A DNA stretch of 37,191 nt, taken from positions 1 through 37,191 of the IMG/VR virus record IMGVR_UViG_3300014775_000501; one strand, written 5' to 3'. Source of the stretch: a virus. Lineage: Duplodnaviria; Caudoviricetes. The notes beneath the pieces were generated by a model. That model ran no database searches. It saw only the letters and a program-made list of their open reading frames with translations, and was not told where the DNA came from. The position numbers and the translations under genes are program-made. Shown piece after piece: positions 17,283-24,895 of the stretch (its first letter is position 1; every line of letters starts with the position of its first letter).

Positions 17283-17792
17283 ATGAAACATTTGAATAAA
17301 AAAATAGGTATGTTAGGGCAGAAGCTTGTTTGTGATTATTTAAAAACTAATAAAATTAATTATTGGACTAACTTTAATGATAATTATAATATTACCGATA
17401 TCGTAATGCAAAGAAATAATAAATTATCTTTTGTTGAGGTATCTACAAAATCACATACTAAAAAAAAGGGATGCAAAGTCACAGGTAAAAACAAAAAACA
17501 AATAGACTTATATTTAAAAAGGCAGAGAGACTTTGGTGTTATATATTTTATAGTTTTTGTAGATATTAAAACTAAATCAATTTATGGTAATTACCTCAAT
17601 AATTTAATGAATTTAAGTTTTTATAATGACAACGAATTTCCTATTGTTGAAAATTGTGGAGGTCAGGAAATAATGTTTTTTAATTTGAATAGTATGATAA
17701 AATTAAAAGACTTAGATGTAGAGGAGTTAGATAATTTAAGTAAATTGCACTTTGCAAATAAATTTAACAAAAATCAATTATTAATATTATAA
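17283..17792 (+). CDS. PD-(D/E)XK nuclease-like protein
   Basis: IGMLGQKLVCDYL helix, then TDIV...FVEVSTK; very AT-rich. Confidence 0.55.
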   Translation: MKHLNKKIGMLGQKLVCDYLKTNKINYWTNFNDNYNITDIVMQRNNKLSFVEVSTKSHTKKKGCKVTGKNKKQIDLYLKRQRDFGVIYFIVFVDIKTKSIYGNYLNNLMNLSFYNDNEFPIVENCGGQEIMFFNLNSMIKLKDLDVEELDNLSKLHFANKFNKNQLLIL

Positions 17793-17795
17793 ATT

Positions 17796-18470
17796 ATGGA
17801 TATAGAATTTAAAAAAAATACAGTTTTTAACTGTGATTGTTTTGATTTAATTAAAGTTATTCCAGACAATAGTTTAGACTTAGTTATAGTAGACCCTCCT
17901 TATGGGGATGGGGTGGGTTATGGAAGAAAAAACAAAGAAATATTAAACAATGAAGATGAGAGTATTAATTATAAATTTCTTGATGCTATTTATCGAAAAA
18001 TGAAAAACAATACAAGCTTGTATTTATTTAGTAATCATAAATTTGTTTATCAAATAAAAGAACACGCTATTAAAAACGGTTATAATTATCGAATGCTTTG
18101 TATTATGGTTAAGAATAATATTGGGATGGGTTACGGTTTTAGGAATCAATATGAAGTATGTTTAGTTTTAGAAAAAGGTAAAGCTAAATATAACAGAAAC
18201 GACATGAGTAATGTTTGGAAAATGAAGCATGTAAACCACACAGATAAGAGTCATCCTCATCAAAAAGAATACGATGTTATAAGACGTATAATATTACACA
18301 GTAGCAAAGAAGGTGATTTAGTTTTCGATGCTTTTATGGGCTCTTTTAGTACAGCTATAGCTTGTCATAAAGAGAAAAGAGATTTTATAGGTTCTGAATT
18401 AGATTCTAAATGGTATAAATTAGGACAAGAAAAACTAAACAATGAAATAAATCAAACATCACTATTTTAA
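17796..18470 (+). CDS. N4-cytosine/N6-adenine DNA methyltransferase, beta class
   Basis: DPPY precedes HPHQK and DAFMGSFST. Confidence 0.92.
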   Translation: MDIEFKKNTVFNCDCFDLIKVIPDNSLDLVIVDPPYGDGVGYGRKNKEILNNEDESINYKFLDAIYRKMKNNTSLYLFSNHKFVYQIKEHAIKNGYNYRMLCIMVKNNIGMGYGFRNQYEVCLVLEKGKAKYNRNDMSNVWKMKHVNHTDKSHPHQKEYDVIRRIILHSSKEGDLVFDAFMGSFSTAIACHKEKRDFIGSELDSKWYKLGQEKLNNEINQTSLF

Positions 18471-18471
18471 T

Positions 18472-19158
18472 ATGAAAACAAGACAAATAAGAGAATTTAA
18501 CAAAGCGTTTGACTACCCGACTCCAAAAGAGCCAACGGTAGAAGCTAACTTTAAATTAAGACACACATTAATAGCAGAAGAGTTAAGAGAGTATTACGAT
18601 GCTTGTTTAGACAAAGATATTATAGAAATAGCCGATGCGATAGGAGATATGCTATACTTAGTATTAGGAGCAGCTGTAGAACATGGGATTAACATTAATC
18701 CAGTATTTGACGAGATACATAGAAGTAATATGTCTAAGCTCCAGGACGGTAAAGTAATCCGTAGAGAAGATGGTAAAGTACTAAAAGGAGAGAATTATTT
18801 TCCACCTAACATTGAGAAAGTACTAAAACTAAATCCGATTAAAGAGTTTGAAGCTGAAGACTTTATGGAGCATTGTGTAGACGTAGTATGTGAAAAGTAC
18901 AAGATTAATAAAGAAGAGCTATTTAACAAAACACGTAAAAGGGAATACGTAGAAGCTAGACAAGTAGTATTTTACTTAGTAGATAGAAGATTTAAAAAGT
19001 GGGGACATTATGAGAAAGCTATAAGAAAGTGGACTAATTTAGATCGTGTAACGGTATCGGTACACTCAGTTAGAACTATTGCAGGAATCATAGATTACGA
19101 TCTAGCATTTAGTGATAAAGTAGATGTTATGTATTTTGAAGTATTAAGTAGATTATGA
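18472..19158 (+). CDS. MazG-like (DR2231-type) NTP pyrophosphohydrolase fused to a DnaA domain IV-like HTH
   Basis: EELRE..EIADAIGD..EIHRSNMSK..DGKVLK, then VCEKY.I....L....R......ARQ...YL and DRVTV..HSVR.I. Confidence 0.8.
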   Translation: MKTRQIREFNKAFDYPTPKEPTVEANFKLRHTLIAEELREYYDACLDKDIIEIADAIGDMLYLVLGAAVEHGININPVFDEIHRSNMSKLQDGKVIRREDGKVLKGENYFPPNIEKVLKLNPIKEFEAEDFMEHCVDVVCEKYKINKEELFNKTRKREYVEARQVVFYLVDRRFKKWGHYEKAIRKWTNLDRVTVSVHSVRTIAGIIDYDLAFSDKVDVMYFEVLSRL

Positions 19159-19216
19159 TAACTATTTTTCTGACCAGATGGACGTACTTTACGCTGAGAT
19201 AATTAGACAACTATGA
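19151..19216 (+). pseudogene. Remnant 3' end of a diverged allele of the 18472-19158 gene
   Basis: Reads DYDNYFSDQMDVLYAEIIRQL*, versus DYDLAFSDKVDVMYFEVLSRL* at 19093-19158. Confidence 0.75.
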
Positions 19217-19857
19217 ATTTAACAGATAAAATAACAGTAACAAACGAGGACAACATGGAGCTTATGGCTCGTTATCCTGACAACTATTTTGATTTAGCTA
19301 TTGTAGATCCTCCTTATGGTATTGATGCCAGTAGGATGACAATGGGCAAAGGTAGTGGAAACGATAAAAAAAAGCACAACACTTCAAAAACTTGGGACTT
19401 GTCAATACCTGAAGAAAGATATTTTAATGAGTTAAAAAGAGTTTCTAAAGACCAGATAATATGGGGAGGAAATTATTTTTTAGACTATTTAGGAAATACA
19501 AGATGCTGTGTTGTTTGGGATAAAAAAGACTACAATTCTGACTTTGCAGATGGAGAATTGGCTTGGACATCTTTTAATAAAAACTTGAAAATATTTCAGA
19601 GAGCAAGATCTGCGGGGGGGGATTCTAAAGGGAAAATACATCCAACACAGAAGCCAGTTAAACTATATGAATGGTTGCTTGACAACTATGCTAAAGAAGG
19701 AGATAAAATACTGGACACGCATCTTGGAAGCGGTTCGATTGCTATCGCTTGTCATAACAGAGGTTTTGAACTCACAGCTTGTGAACTAGATGAGGAATAT
19801 TTTAACAAATTTATAAAGAGATTTAAAGACGTAACATCACAAACAAGATTATTTTAA
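19213..19857 (+). CDS. N6-adenine/N4-cytosine DNA methyltransferase, beta class
   Basis: DPPYG, IIWGGNYF, HPTQKP and DTHLGSGS motifs. Confidence 0.92.
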   Translation: MNLTDKITVTNEDNMELMARYPDNYFDLAIVDPPYGIDASRMTMGKGSGNDKKKHNTSKTWDLSIPEERYFNELKRVSKDQIIWGGNYFLDYLGNTRCCVVWDKKDYNSDFADGELAWTSFNKNLKIFQRARSAGGDSKGKIHPTQKPVKLYEWLLDNYAKEGDKILDTHLGSGSIAIACHNRGFELTACELDEEYFNKFIKRFKDVTSQTRLF

Positions 19858-19858
19858 T

Positions 19859-20203
19859 ATGATATTAAAAGAAGTAGAATTTAAGTCTTGTAAACGTAGA
19901 GCAGATAGAAGTTTAACTTATCAATTCGAAACGTTAAGAGAAGAGGACAGCGAAGCTTTAAAGCAAGGCGATGAATTAATAGGTACTAGAGGTATAATAT
20001 ACTTTAATACTGAAATTAACGAAGCTCAAAAAGAAGCGATAGATGAGCAGTTAAAGAATGAGATTATAGAACCTCAACGAACAAAAAGCCAGGTACTAAG
20101 ATATTCTATTCTTAAATTAGCTAAAGCACTAGGTAAAGACAAAGAAGCTTACTATAACGAGATGATGGATCGTTTTATAGACCACATTCAAGGCAAATTA
20201 TAA
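19859..20203 (+). CDS. Hypothetical phage protein
   Basis: 114-aa ORF. Confidence 0.65.
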   Translation: MILKEVEFKSCKRRADRSLTYQFETLREEDSEALKQGDELIGTRGIIYFNTEINEAQKEAIDEQLKNEIIEPQRTKSQVLRYSILKLAKALGKDKEAYYNEMMDRFIDHIQGKL

Positions 20204-20237
20204 TATTTTAATTACTTTTATAAAAAAATCAAAAAAC

Positions 20238-20654
20238 ATGAAAACAATTATTTTAACAGCATTATTACTAACTACTATTATTTCAAAAGGTCAAACAGTA
20301 GTAACTGGTTCTATCGATCGTGTACAATTTAATTGGGCAGGAGAAACAAAAGAAGTTAATCTTAAGTTCATAGAAGTGATTCACGGGTTTACTGACCCAA
20401 ACGCTCCACAATCTTTTTTTAGATTTAAAGATGGCGATGAATTAGATAATACTATTTATTATACTGATTATTTAGGAAAAGAAGAATTTGATTGGGGGTA
20501 TACTTTTACTGTGGAAGCTTATGACGGCGACGGTACACGTTGTAAAGTAGTTTATGTTATACAAAAAGATGAGAAAATATATTACGTTCTAGAATATACT
20601 GATAAATCTTATTACTTTTTTGTAAATGAAGTAACTAGATTTCAAAACGAATAA
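20238..20654 (+). CDS. Exported protein with Sec signal peptide
   Basis: MKTIILTALLLTTIISKG|Q signal followed by a beta-rich mature domain. Confidence 0.7.
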   Translation: MKTIILTALLLTTIISKGQTVVTGSIDRVQFNWAGETKEVNLKFIEVIHGFTDPNAPQSFFRFKDGDELDNTIYYTDYLGKEEFDWGYTFTVEAYDGDGTRCKVVYVIQKDEKIYYVLEYTDKSYYFFVNEVTRFQNE

Positions 20655-20672
20655 TAAATAAATTTAAAAATC

Positions 20673-20697
20673 AAGGGACTCTTAGGAGTCCTTTTTT
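20673..20697 (+). terminator. Intrinsic terminator
   Basis: AAGGGACTC-TTAG-GAGTCCTTT followed by Ts. Confidence 0.85.
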
Positions 20698-20707
20698 AAT
20701 TGATAAA

Positions 20708-20866
20708 ATGGATTTAATATTTAAAAGAAAATACTGTCCAGGATGTAGAAAGAAACGCTTTATCTGGAGGAAGTCATTTAAGAAATACGTAATACAAAAA
20801 ACACAAGGAACTAGATATTATTGTGAAAGGTGTAATTTTAAAATACGTAAACAAATAAATAAATAG
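20708..20866 (+). CDS. Basic zinc-ribbon microprotein (52 aa, not in ORF track)
   Basis: YCPGC...YCERC, K/R-rich. Confidence 0.6.
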   Translation: MDLIFKRKYCPGCRKKRFIWRKSFKKYVIQKTQGTRYYCERCNFKIRKQINK

Positions 20867-20885
20867 TTTTTCGTATATTAAGGGT

Positions 20886-21113
20886 ATGGAAGTATCCGAC
20901 TTGTTTATAGATCATGAGGGAGATTTGTTATATGGGCAAATAACAATAAAGAATGAATACGAAGCTTATCCAGAGTTTTATTCTGAAATAGTAGAAGGTA
21001 TTTATTTACTCCCTTTTGATTTCACAGTAGAAGAAGAAGGTATAAAGTACAGATTCTTTTACACTGGGATAGATAAGTTAGACTTCTTTAGCTATGAAAT
21101 TAAAAAAATATGA
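20886..21113 (+). CDS. Acidic hypothetical protein
   Basis: 75-aa ORF preceded by a TATATTAA -7-like box. Confidence 0.6.
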   Translation: MEVSDLFIDHEGDLLYGQITIKNEYEAYPEFYSEIVEGIYLLPFDFTVEEEGIKYRFFYTGIDKLDFFSYEIKKI

Positions 21114-21523
21114 AAGAAAGATTTATTACATTATTAGAAACAGTTAAATATCCATATGAAAGGGTAAACGCTGTAGATAAAAGAGAATTAATAGATATAC
21201 ACAAGGCTATTTTTAACTATTCTAGTCAATGGTATAGAGAACGTTCTAACGGTTGTAGTAGTTGTACGGCTTCAATGCTTAATGATTTATCAAGGCGTTT
21301 TGAATTACCGCCTATACCAGAAGCTAATCAATCAGAGTATGAGCGTAGGAAAGCTATTTGTTTGAGTTGTACGGGTTGTAGAGTAAATGGTAAAGTGTTA
21401 ACTTGTGGAGAGTTTGGTAAACCAACTAAAGGACGTTATCCTACTTGTGGGTGTATTATTAATATAAAAGCAAGATTCAAGATTTTTAATTGCCCTAGAG
21501 GTAAATGGAATGAAAACAAGTAA
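21110..21523 (+). CDS. Cys-rich protein with DUF6171-like C-terminal domain
   Basis: R..IC..C..C...C...CGC....KA.....CP..KW pattern plus an upstream CSSC. Confidence 0.65.
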   Translation: MKERFITLLETVKYPYERVNAVDKRELIDIHKAIFNYSSQWYRERSNGCSSCTASMLNDLSRRFELPPIPEANQSEYERRKAICLSCTGCRVNGKVLTCGEFGKPTKGRYPTCGCIINIKARFKIFNCPRGKWNENK

Positions 21524-21671
21524 AGACATATACAAACAACTAGATGCTATACTATCGCTACCTGACTGGGAGATATACCAAGGGTTAATAGAGGAATTAA
21601 TTTTAAAGTTAGATGAAATTGAAAGAAGCACTAAAAGTAGTGAGAAAAATGCACGAAGAAGCGATAGATGA
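21510..21671 (+). CDS. Small hypothetical protein (53 aa, not in ORF track)
   Basis: MKTSKDIYKQLDAILSLPDWEIYQGLIEEL...; bridges the gap between neighbouring genes. Confidence 0.5.
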   Translation: MKTSKDIYKQLDAILSLPDWEIYQGLIEELILKLDEIERSTKSSEKNARRSDR

Positions 21672-21831
21672 TTTAATGGATAGTTATGAAGGGTATGAAG
21701 AAGAATTATATCTTTATGTTTATTCAGAGGATTTAGATGATGGTTATTTATTCGAGTTCTTTTATAAAGATCAGTATGATAATAAAGTAACTGATTCACT
21801 ATTTATCAAGTATAATTATTGTGAGAACTAA
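21613..21831 (+). CDS. Acidic hypothetical protein
   Basis: 72-aa D/E/Y-rich ORF. Confidence 0.55.
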   Translation: MKLKEALKVVRKMHEEAIDDLMDSYEGYEEELYLYVYSEDLDDGYLFEFFYKDQYDNKVTDSLFIKYNYCEN

Positions 21832-21998
21832 TGGAAGAAGTAAGTAAACAACAGAATGTAAGTAAGAGTGTAGATGCTATACATTTATTGTATGCATTGA
21901 AGCTTATTACTTTAGAAGAGTTTAATAGTATTTATAGAAAAATAAAAGATTATGCCAACGAAAGCAGACACAGCGCAGAGCCAGGAGAGAACTCGTAA
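21831..21998 (+). CDS. Small hypothetical protein (55 aa, not in ORF track)
   Basis: TAATG-coupled; MEEVSKQQNVSKSVDAIHLLYALKLITLEEF... Confidence 0.5.
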   Translation: MEEVSKQQNVSKSVDAIHLLYALKLITLEEFNSIYRKIKDYANESRHSAEPGENS

Positions 21999-22347
21999 GG
22001 CAATAGAATGTATATTAAAGCATAACTATTCTAGGCGTGAATGGGTTCAATATTGTTCAAAAAAATATGATATAGGTGATAGACAAGCAGATACATATTG
22101 GAAATTCGCTAATGAACATATTGTAGAAAAATGGACTAAGAAAAAAGACACGTTAATAGAGGAACATTACGGGCGGCTTTTTGACTTATACGAGAAAGCA
22201 GTAAACGCTGAAGAGTGGAATGTAGCACGATTGTGTTTACAAGATTTAAGCAAATTAACTGGTATTAACGAACCAGAGAAGAAAGACATAACTTCTAACG
22301 GTGAGAGTATTAAAATTATAATTGGTGTAGATGAGGACGACGATTAA
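21952..22347 (+). CDS. terS: Putative terminase small subunit
   Basis: N-terminal HTH-like region, helical core and C-terminal KKDITSNGESIKIII tail typical of TerS; upstream of TerL. Confidence 0.6.
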   Translation: MPTKADTAQSQERTRKAIECILKHNYSRREWVQYCSKKYDIGDRQADTYWKFANEHIVEKWTKKKDTLIEEHYGRLFDLYEKAVNAEEWNVARLCLQDLSKLTGINEPEKKDITSNGESIKIIIGVDEDDD

Positions 22348-22555
22348 AATAGGGTTTGTAGTAATATTATTATTATCTTTGTTTGTAATAGTATTTGGAG
22401 GAGGTAAGGACTTATACGAAATGTTAGAAGGATTGCCTATCTTTGATTTAGTAGTAATAACTATTCCAGTGATTAGTTTATTAGCTATAGGATACGGTAT
22501 AGCGATTATATTAATTACATGGATACAAGCATTAATAAGATGGTTAGAAAAGTAA
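22331..22555 (+). CDS. Small membrane protein
   Basis: Two long hydrophobic stretches. Confidence 0.6.
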   Translation: MRTTIKIGFVVILLLSLFVIVFGGGKDLYEMLEGLPIFDLVVITIPVISLLAIGYGIAIILITWIQALIRWLEK

Positions 22556-22701
22556 CACCAAGAAACGAAATTAAGTTTAGACGTAAAAGACTAAAAGAAG
22601 GCTATAGAGAACCTAATGGCACTAGATGGATTAACGATATATTTGTTAGCGAATCACGTAGACACGCGTACGTTAAATGGATTAAAAGAGTAGAGTTATG
22701 A
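22519..22701 (+). CDS. Small basic hypothetical protein (start possibly 22540)
   Basis: K/R-rich ORF with ATGA overlap into the next gene. Confidence 0.5.
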   Translation: MDTSINKMVRKVTPRNEIKFRRKRLKEGYREPNGTRWINDIFVSESRRHAYVKWIKRVEL

Positions 22702-23066
22702 TACTTTGGTTAATTTACTGCATCTTCGACGGTATATCAGACGCTTTTATGTTCTACAATATAAAGACGTATAATAACCAAGTGTTAGGTCATGACATAC
22801 ACGTATTCTTAACGGGTAAGAGGTTTATATTCCTTTTACCTATTTTGTTTGTATTCGGTTTAAAAACAGTTATAGCTTGTTCACTTGTTCAACCATTCAT
22901 ACATAATGGATTTTACTTTGAAACACGTAAGAGATTAGATAACGCGTATCCAGTTGGTTTCTTCACTACTAAAGAAGAAGATTGGTCTACGGCTAAGATA
23001 GATTTTGATAACGCTTATATTAGAAGCATAATGTTTGTGCTAGGATTAGCAGTACTATGGCTATAA
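22698..23066 (+). CDS. Membrane protein
   Basis: 122 aa with several hydrophobic segments; overlaps the terL start. Confidence 0.6.
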   Translation: MILWLIYCIFDGISDAFMFYNIKTYNNQVLGHDIHVFLTGKRFIFLLPILFVFGLKTVIACSLVQPFIHNGFYFETRKRLDNAYPVGFFTTKEEDWSTAKIDFDNAYIRSIMFVLGLAVLWL

Positions 23067-24367
23067 AACTAACTAAAAAACAATACGAAGCTTATACTTA
23101 TCTTCAAGATGATGATACTATAGAAGTATTATATGGAGGTGCTGCTGGAGGAGGAAAGTCTTGGTTTGGTTGTTTATGGATTGTTAGAAATTGTTTTAAT
23201 TATCCTGGAACAAGATGGCTTATCGGACGTAGTAAACTAGATGCTTTAAAGAAAACAACACTTAATACTTTTTTTGACCTTGCTTCTACACTCAAAATTA
23301 ATAACGAATATAATTATAATGCTAACGAAAAAGTTATTACTTTCTCCAATGGCTCTCAAATTATACTTAAAGATCTTTTCTTATATCCGTCAGATCCTAA
23401 TTTCGACTCACTCGGCTCACTTGAAATCACTGGTGCGTTTATTGACGAATGTAATCAAGTGGTTGAAAAGGCTAAGAATGTGGTAATGTCCAGGATGAGG
23501 TATAAGCTAAACGATTATAATTTATCTCCTAAGATGTTAATGACTTGTAACCCTGCTAAGAATTGGGTGTATCATACATTTTATAAACCACACAAAGAAG
23601 GAACACTACCAAAGCACAGAAAGTTTATACAAGCTTTATTAAGCGATAATAAGCACGTTCATAGTTCTTACGCTGATGCACTAGGAAGATTAGACGAAGC
23701 TTCAAGGCAAAGGTTATTACTTGGTAACTGGGAGTACGATTCTGACTTATCAAAACTATTTGACTACAATTCGTTAACTAATTTATTTACTAATGAATTT
23801 GTAGAGCATGGAACTAATTTTATTACTGCTGATATTGCGCGGTTTGGTAGCGATAAAACAATTATTGGACTTTGGTCAGGATGGAGATTAGAAGAAATAA
23901 TTACTCTAAGCGGTTCGGATATTGTAAACACTTCTAAGGTTATAAGAGAAAAAGCAAATAGTTTAGCTATTCCTATGTCTAATGTTTTAGTAGATGAAGA
24001 TGGAGTAGGTGGAGGAGTAAAAGACATTTTGCGTTGTCAGGGATTCGTTAACAATAGCACACCTATGAAAGTAGAAGGAGAGAAAGAAAACTTTTCTAAT
24101 CTTAAAAGCCAGTGTTATTTTAAGTTAGCTGACAAAGTACGTGATAACAAAGTATACATTAAAGATTCTAGTGTTATGGATATAATGATACAAGAGCTTG
24201 AACAGATCAAACAAAAGGACATGGATAAAGACGGTAAGAAAGCTGTTATACCTAAAGACAAGATAAAAGAGCTTATAGGACGCTCTCCTGATTATGCCGA
24301 TATGTTAATGATGCGTGTATACTTCGATATGTATAAAACAGCTTCCTGGTTAGATGACTTATATTAA
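23057..24367 (+). CDS. terL: Terminase large subunit
   Basis: Walker A LYGGAAGGGKS, Walker B AFIDE, MTCNP, nuclease motifs ADIARFGSD and SPDYAD. Confidence 0.96.
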   Translation: MAIKLTKKQYEAYTYLQDDDTIEVLYGGAAGGGKSWFGCLWIVRNCFNYPGTRWLIGRSKLDALKKTTLNTFFDLASTLKINNEYNYNANEKVITFSNGSQIILKDLFLYPSDPNFDSLGSLEITGAFIDECNQVVEKAKNVVMSRMRYKLNDYNLSPKMLMTCNPAKNWVYHTFYKPHKEGTLPKHRKFIQALLSDNKHVHSSYADALGRLDEASRQRLLLGNWEYDSDLSKLFDYNSLTNLFTNEFVEHGTNFITADIARFGSDKTIIGLWSGWRLEEIITLSGSDIVNTSKVIREKANSLAIPMSNVLVDEDGVGGGVKDILRCQGFVNNSTPMKVEGEKENFSNLKSQCYFKLADKVRDNKVYIKDSSVMDIMIQELEQIKQKDMDKDGKKAVIPKDKIKELIGRSPDYADMLMMRVYFDMYKTASWLDDLY

Positions 24368-24445
24368 TGCGTTTTTTATGCGTTCGCATTACATTCGCTA
24401 TGCGTTCGCATTGCGTTCGCTATGCAAGTAAAGTAAAGTAAAGTA
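24367..24445. repeat. Intergenic 11-bp tandem array plus (AAGTA)x4; iteron-like
   Basis: ATGCGTTTTTT/ATGCGTTCGCA/TTACATTCGCT/ATGCGTTCGCA/TTGCGTTCGCT/ATGC, then AAGTA x4. Confidence 0.85.
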
Positions 24446-24446
24446 A

Positions 24447-24674
24447 ATGAAAATAAAAGATATAGTTAATAGACCTAATGGGTCATCTTACACTTTAGAA
24501 GAGATGTGCTATATCATCGAACAATATGTGTTAATAAAAAAGAATCGTAAGATAGTTGTAAACCCTTATAAGAATTGTATATTTAATAATAGGCTAAACG
24601 GTTTGTATTTTAAAATCGAAGTCAAGAAAGTAATAAAAGCATTTAATAACGCTTTAGTTTTTTTAACTCACTAA
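24447..24674 (+). CDS. Hypothetical protein
   Basis: 75-aa ORF. Confidence 0.5.
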   Translation: MKIKDIVNRPNGSSYTLEEMCYIIEQYVLIKKNRKIVVNPYKNCIFNNRLNGLYFKIEVKKVIKAFNNALVFLTH

Positions 24675-24688
24675 AAATTAGTATATTA

Positions 24689-24895
24689 ATGTCTGTAAAT
24701 GAATATCTTACGAATATGGAAAAGAAGAGGAAAATAGACAAACACCTAGAAGCTATGGCAAAGCTAAGAGCTACACTAGGGAGCGACTCTACCAACAAGG
24801 AAAAGCAAGAGGTTAAAAAGCAGTGTAACGAACACATGAAAGCTATTAAGGATATTGATAAAGAGTATTATCAAGTAATTAGTTTAGATAAATGA
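24689..24895 (+). CDS. Hypothetical helical protein
   Basis: 68-aa ORF with ATGA overlap into the next gene. Confidence 0.6.
   Translation: MSVNEYLTNMEKKRKIDKHLEAMAKLRATLGSDSTNKEKQEVKKQCNEHMKAIKDIDKEYYQVISLDK

Noticed and set aside
24367-24445. Repeat array considered as a mini-CRISPR
   Set aside because: The units are contiguous 11-mers with no spacers, and no cas genes are present
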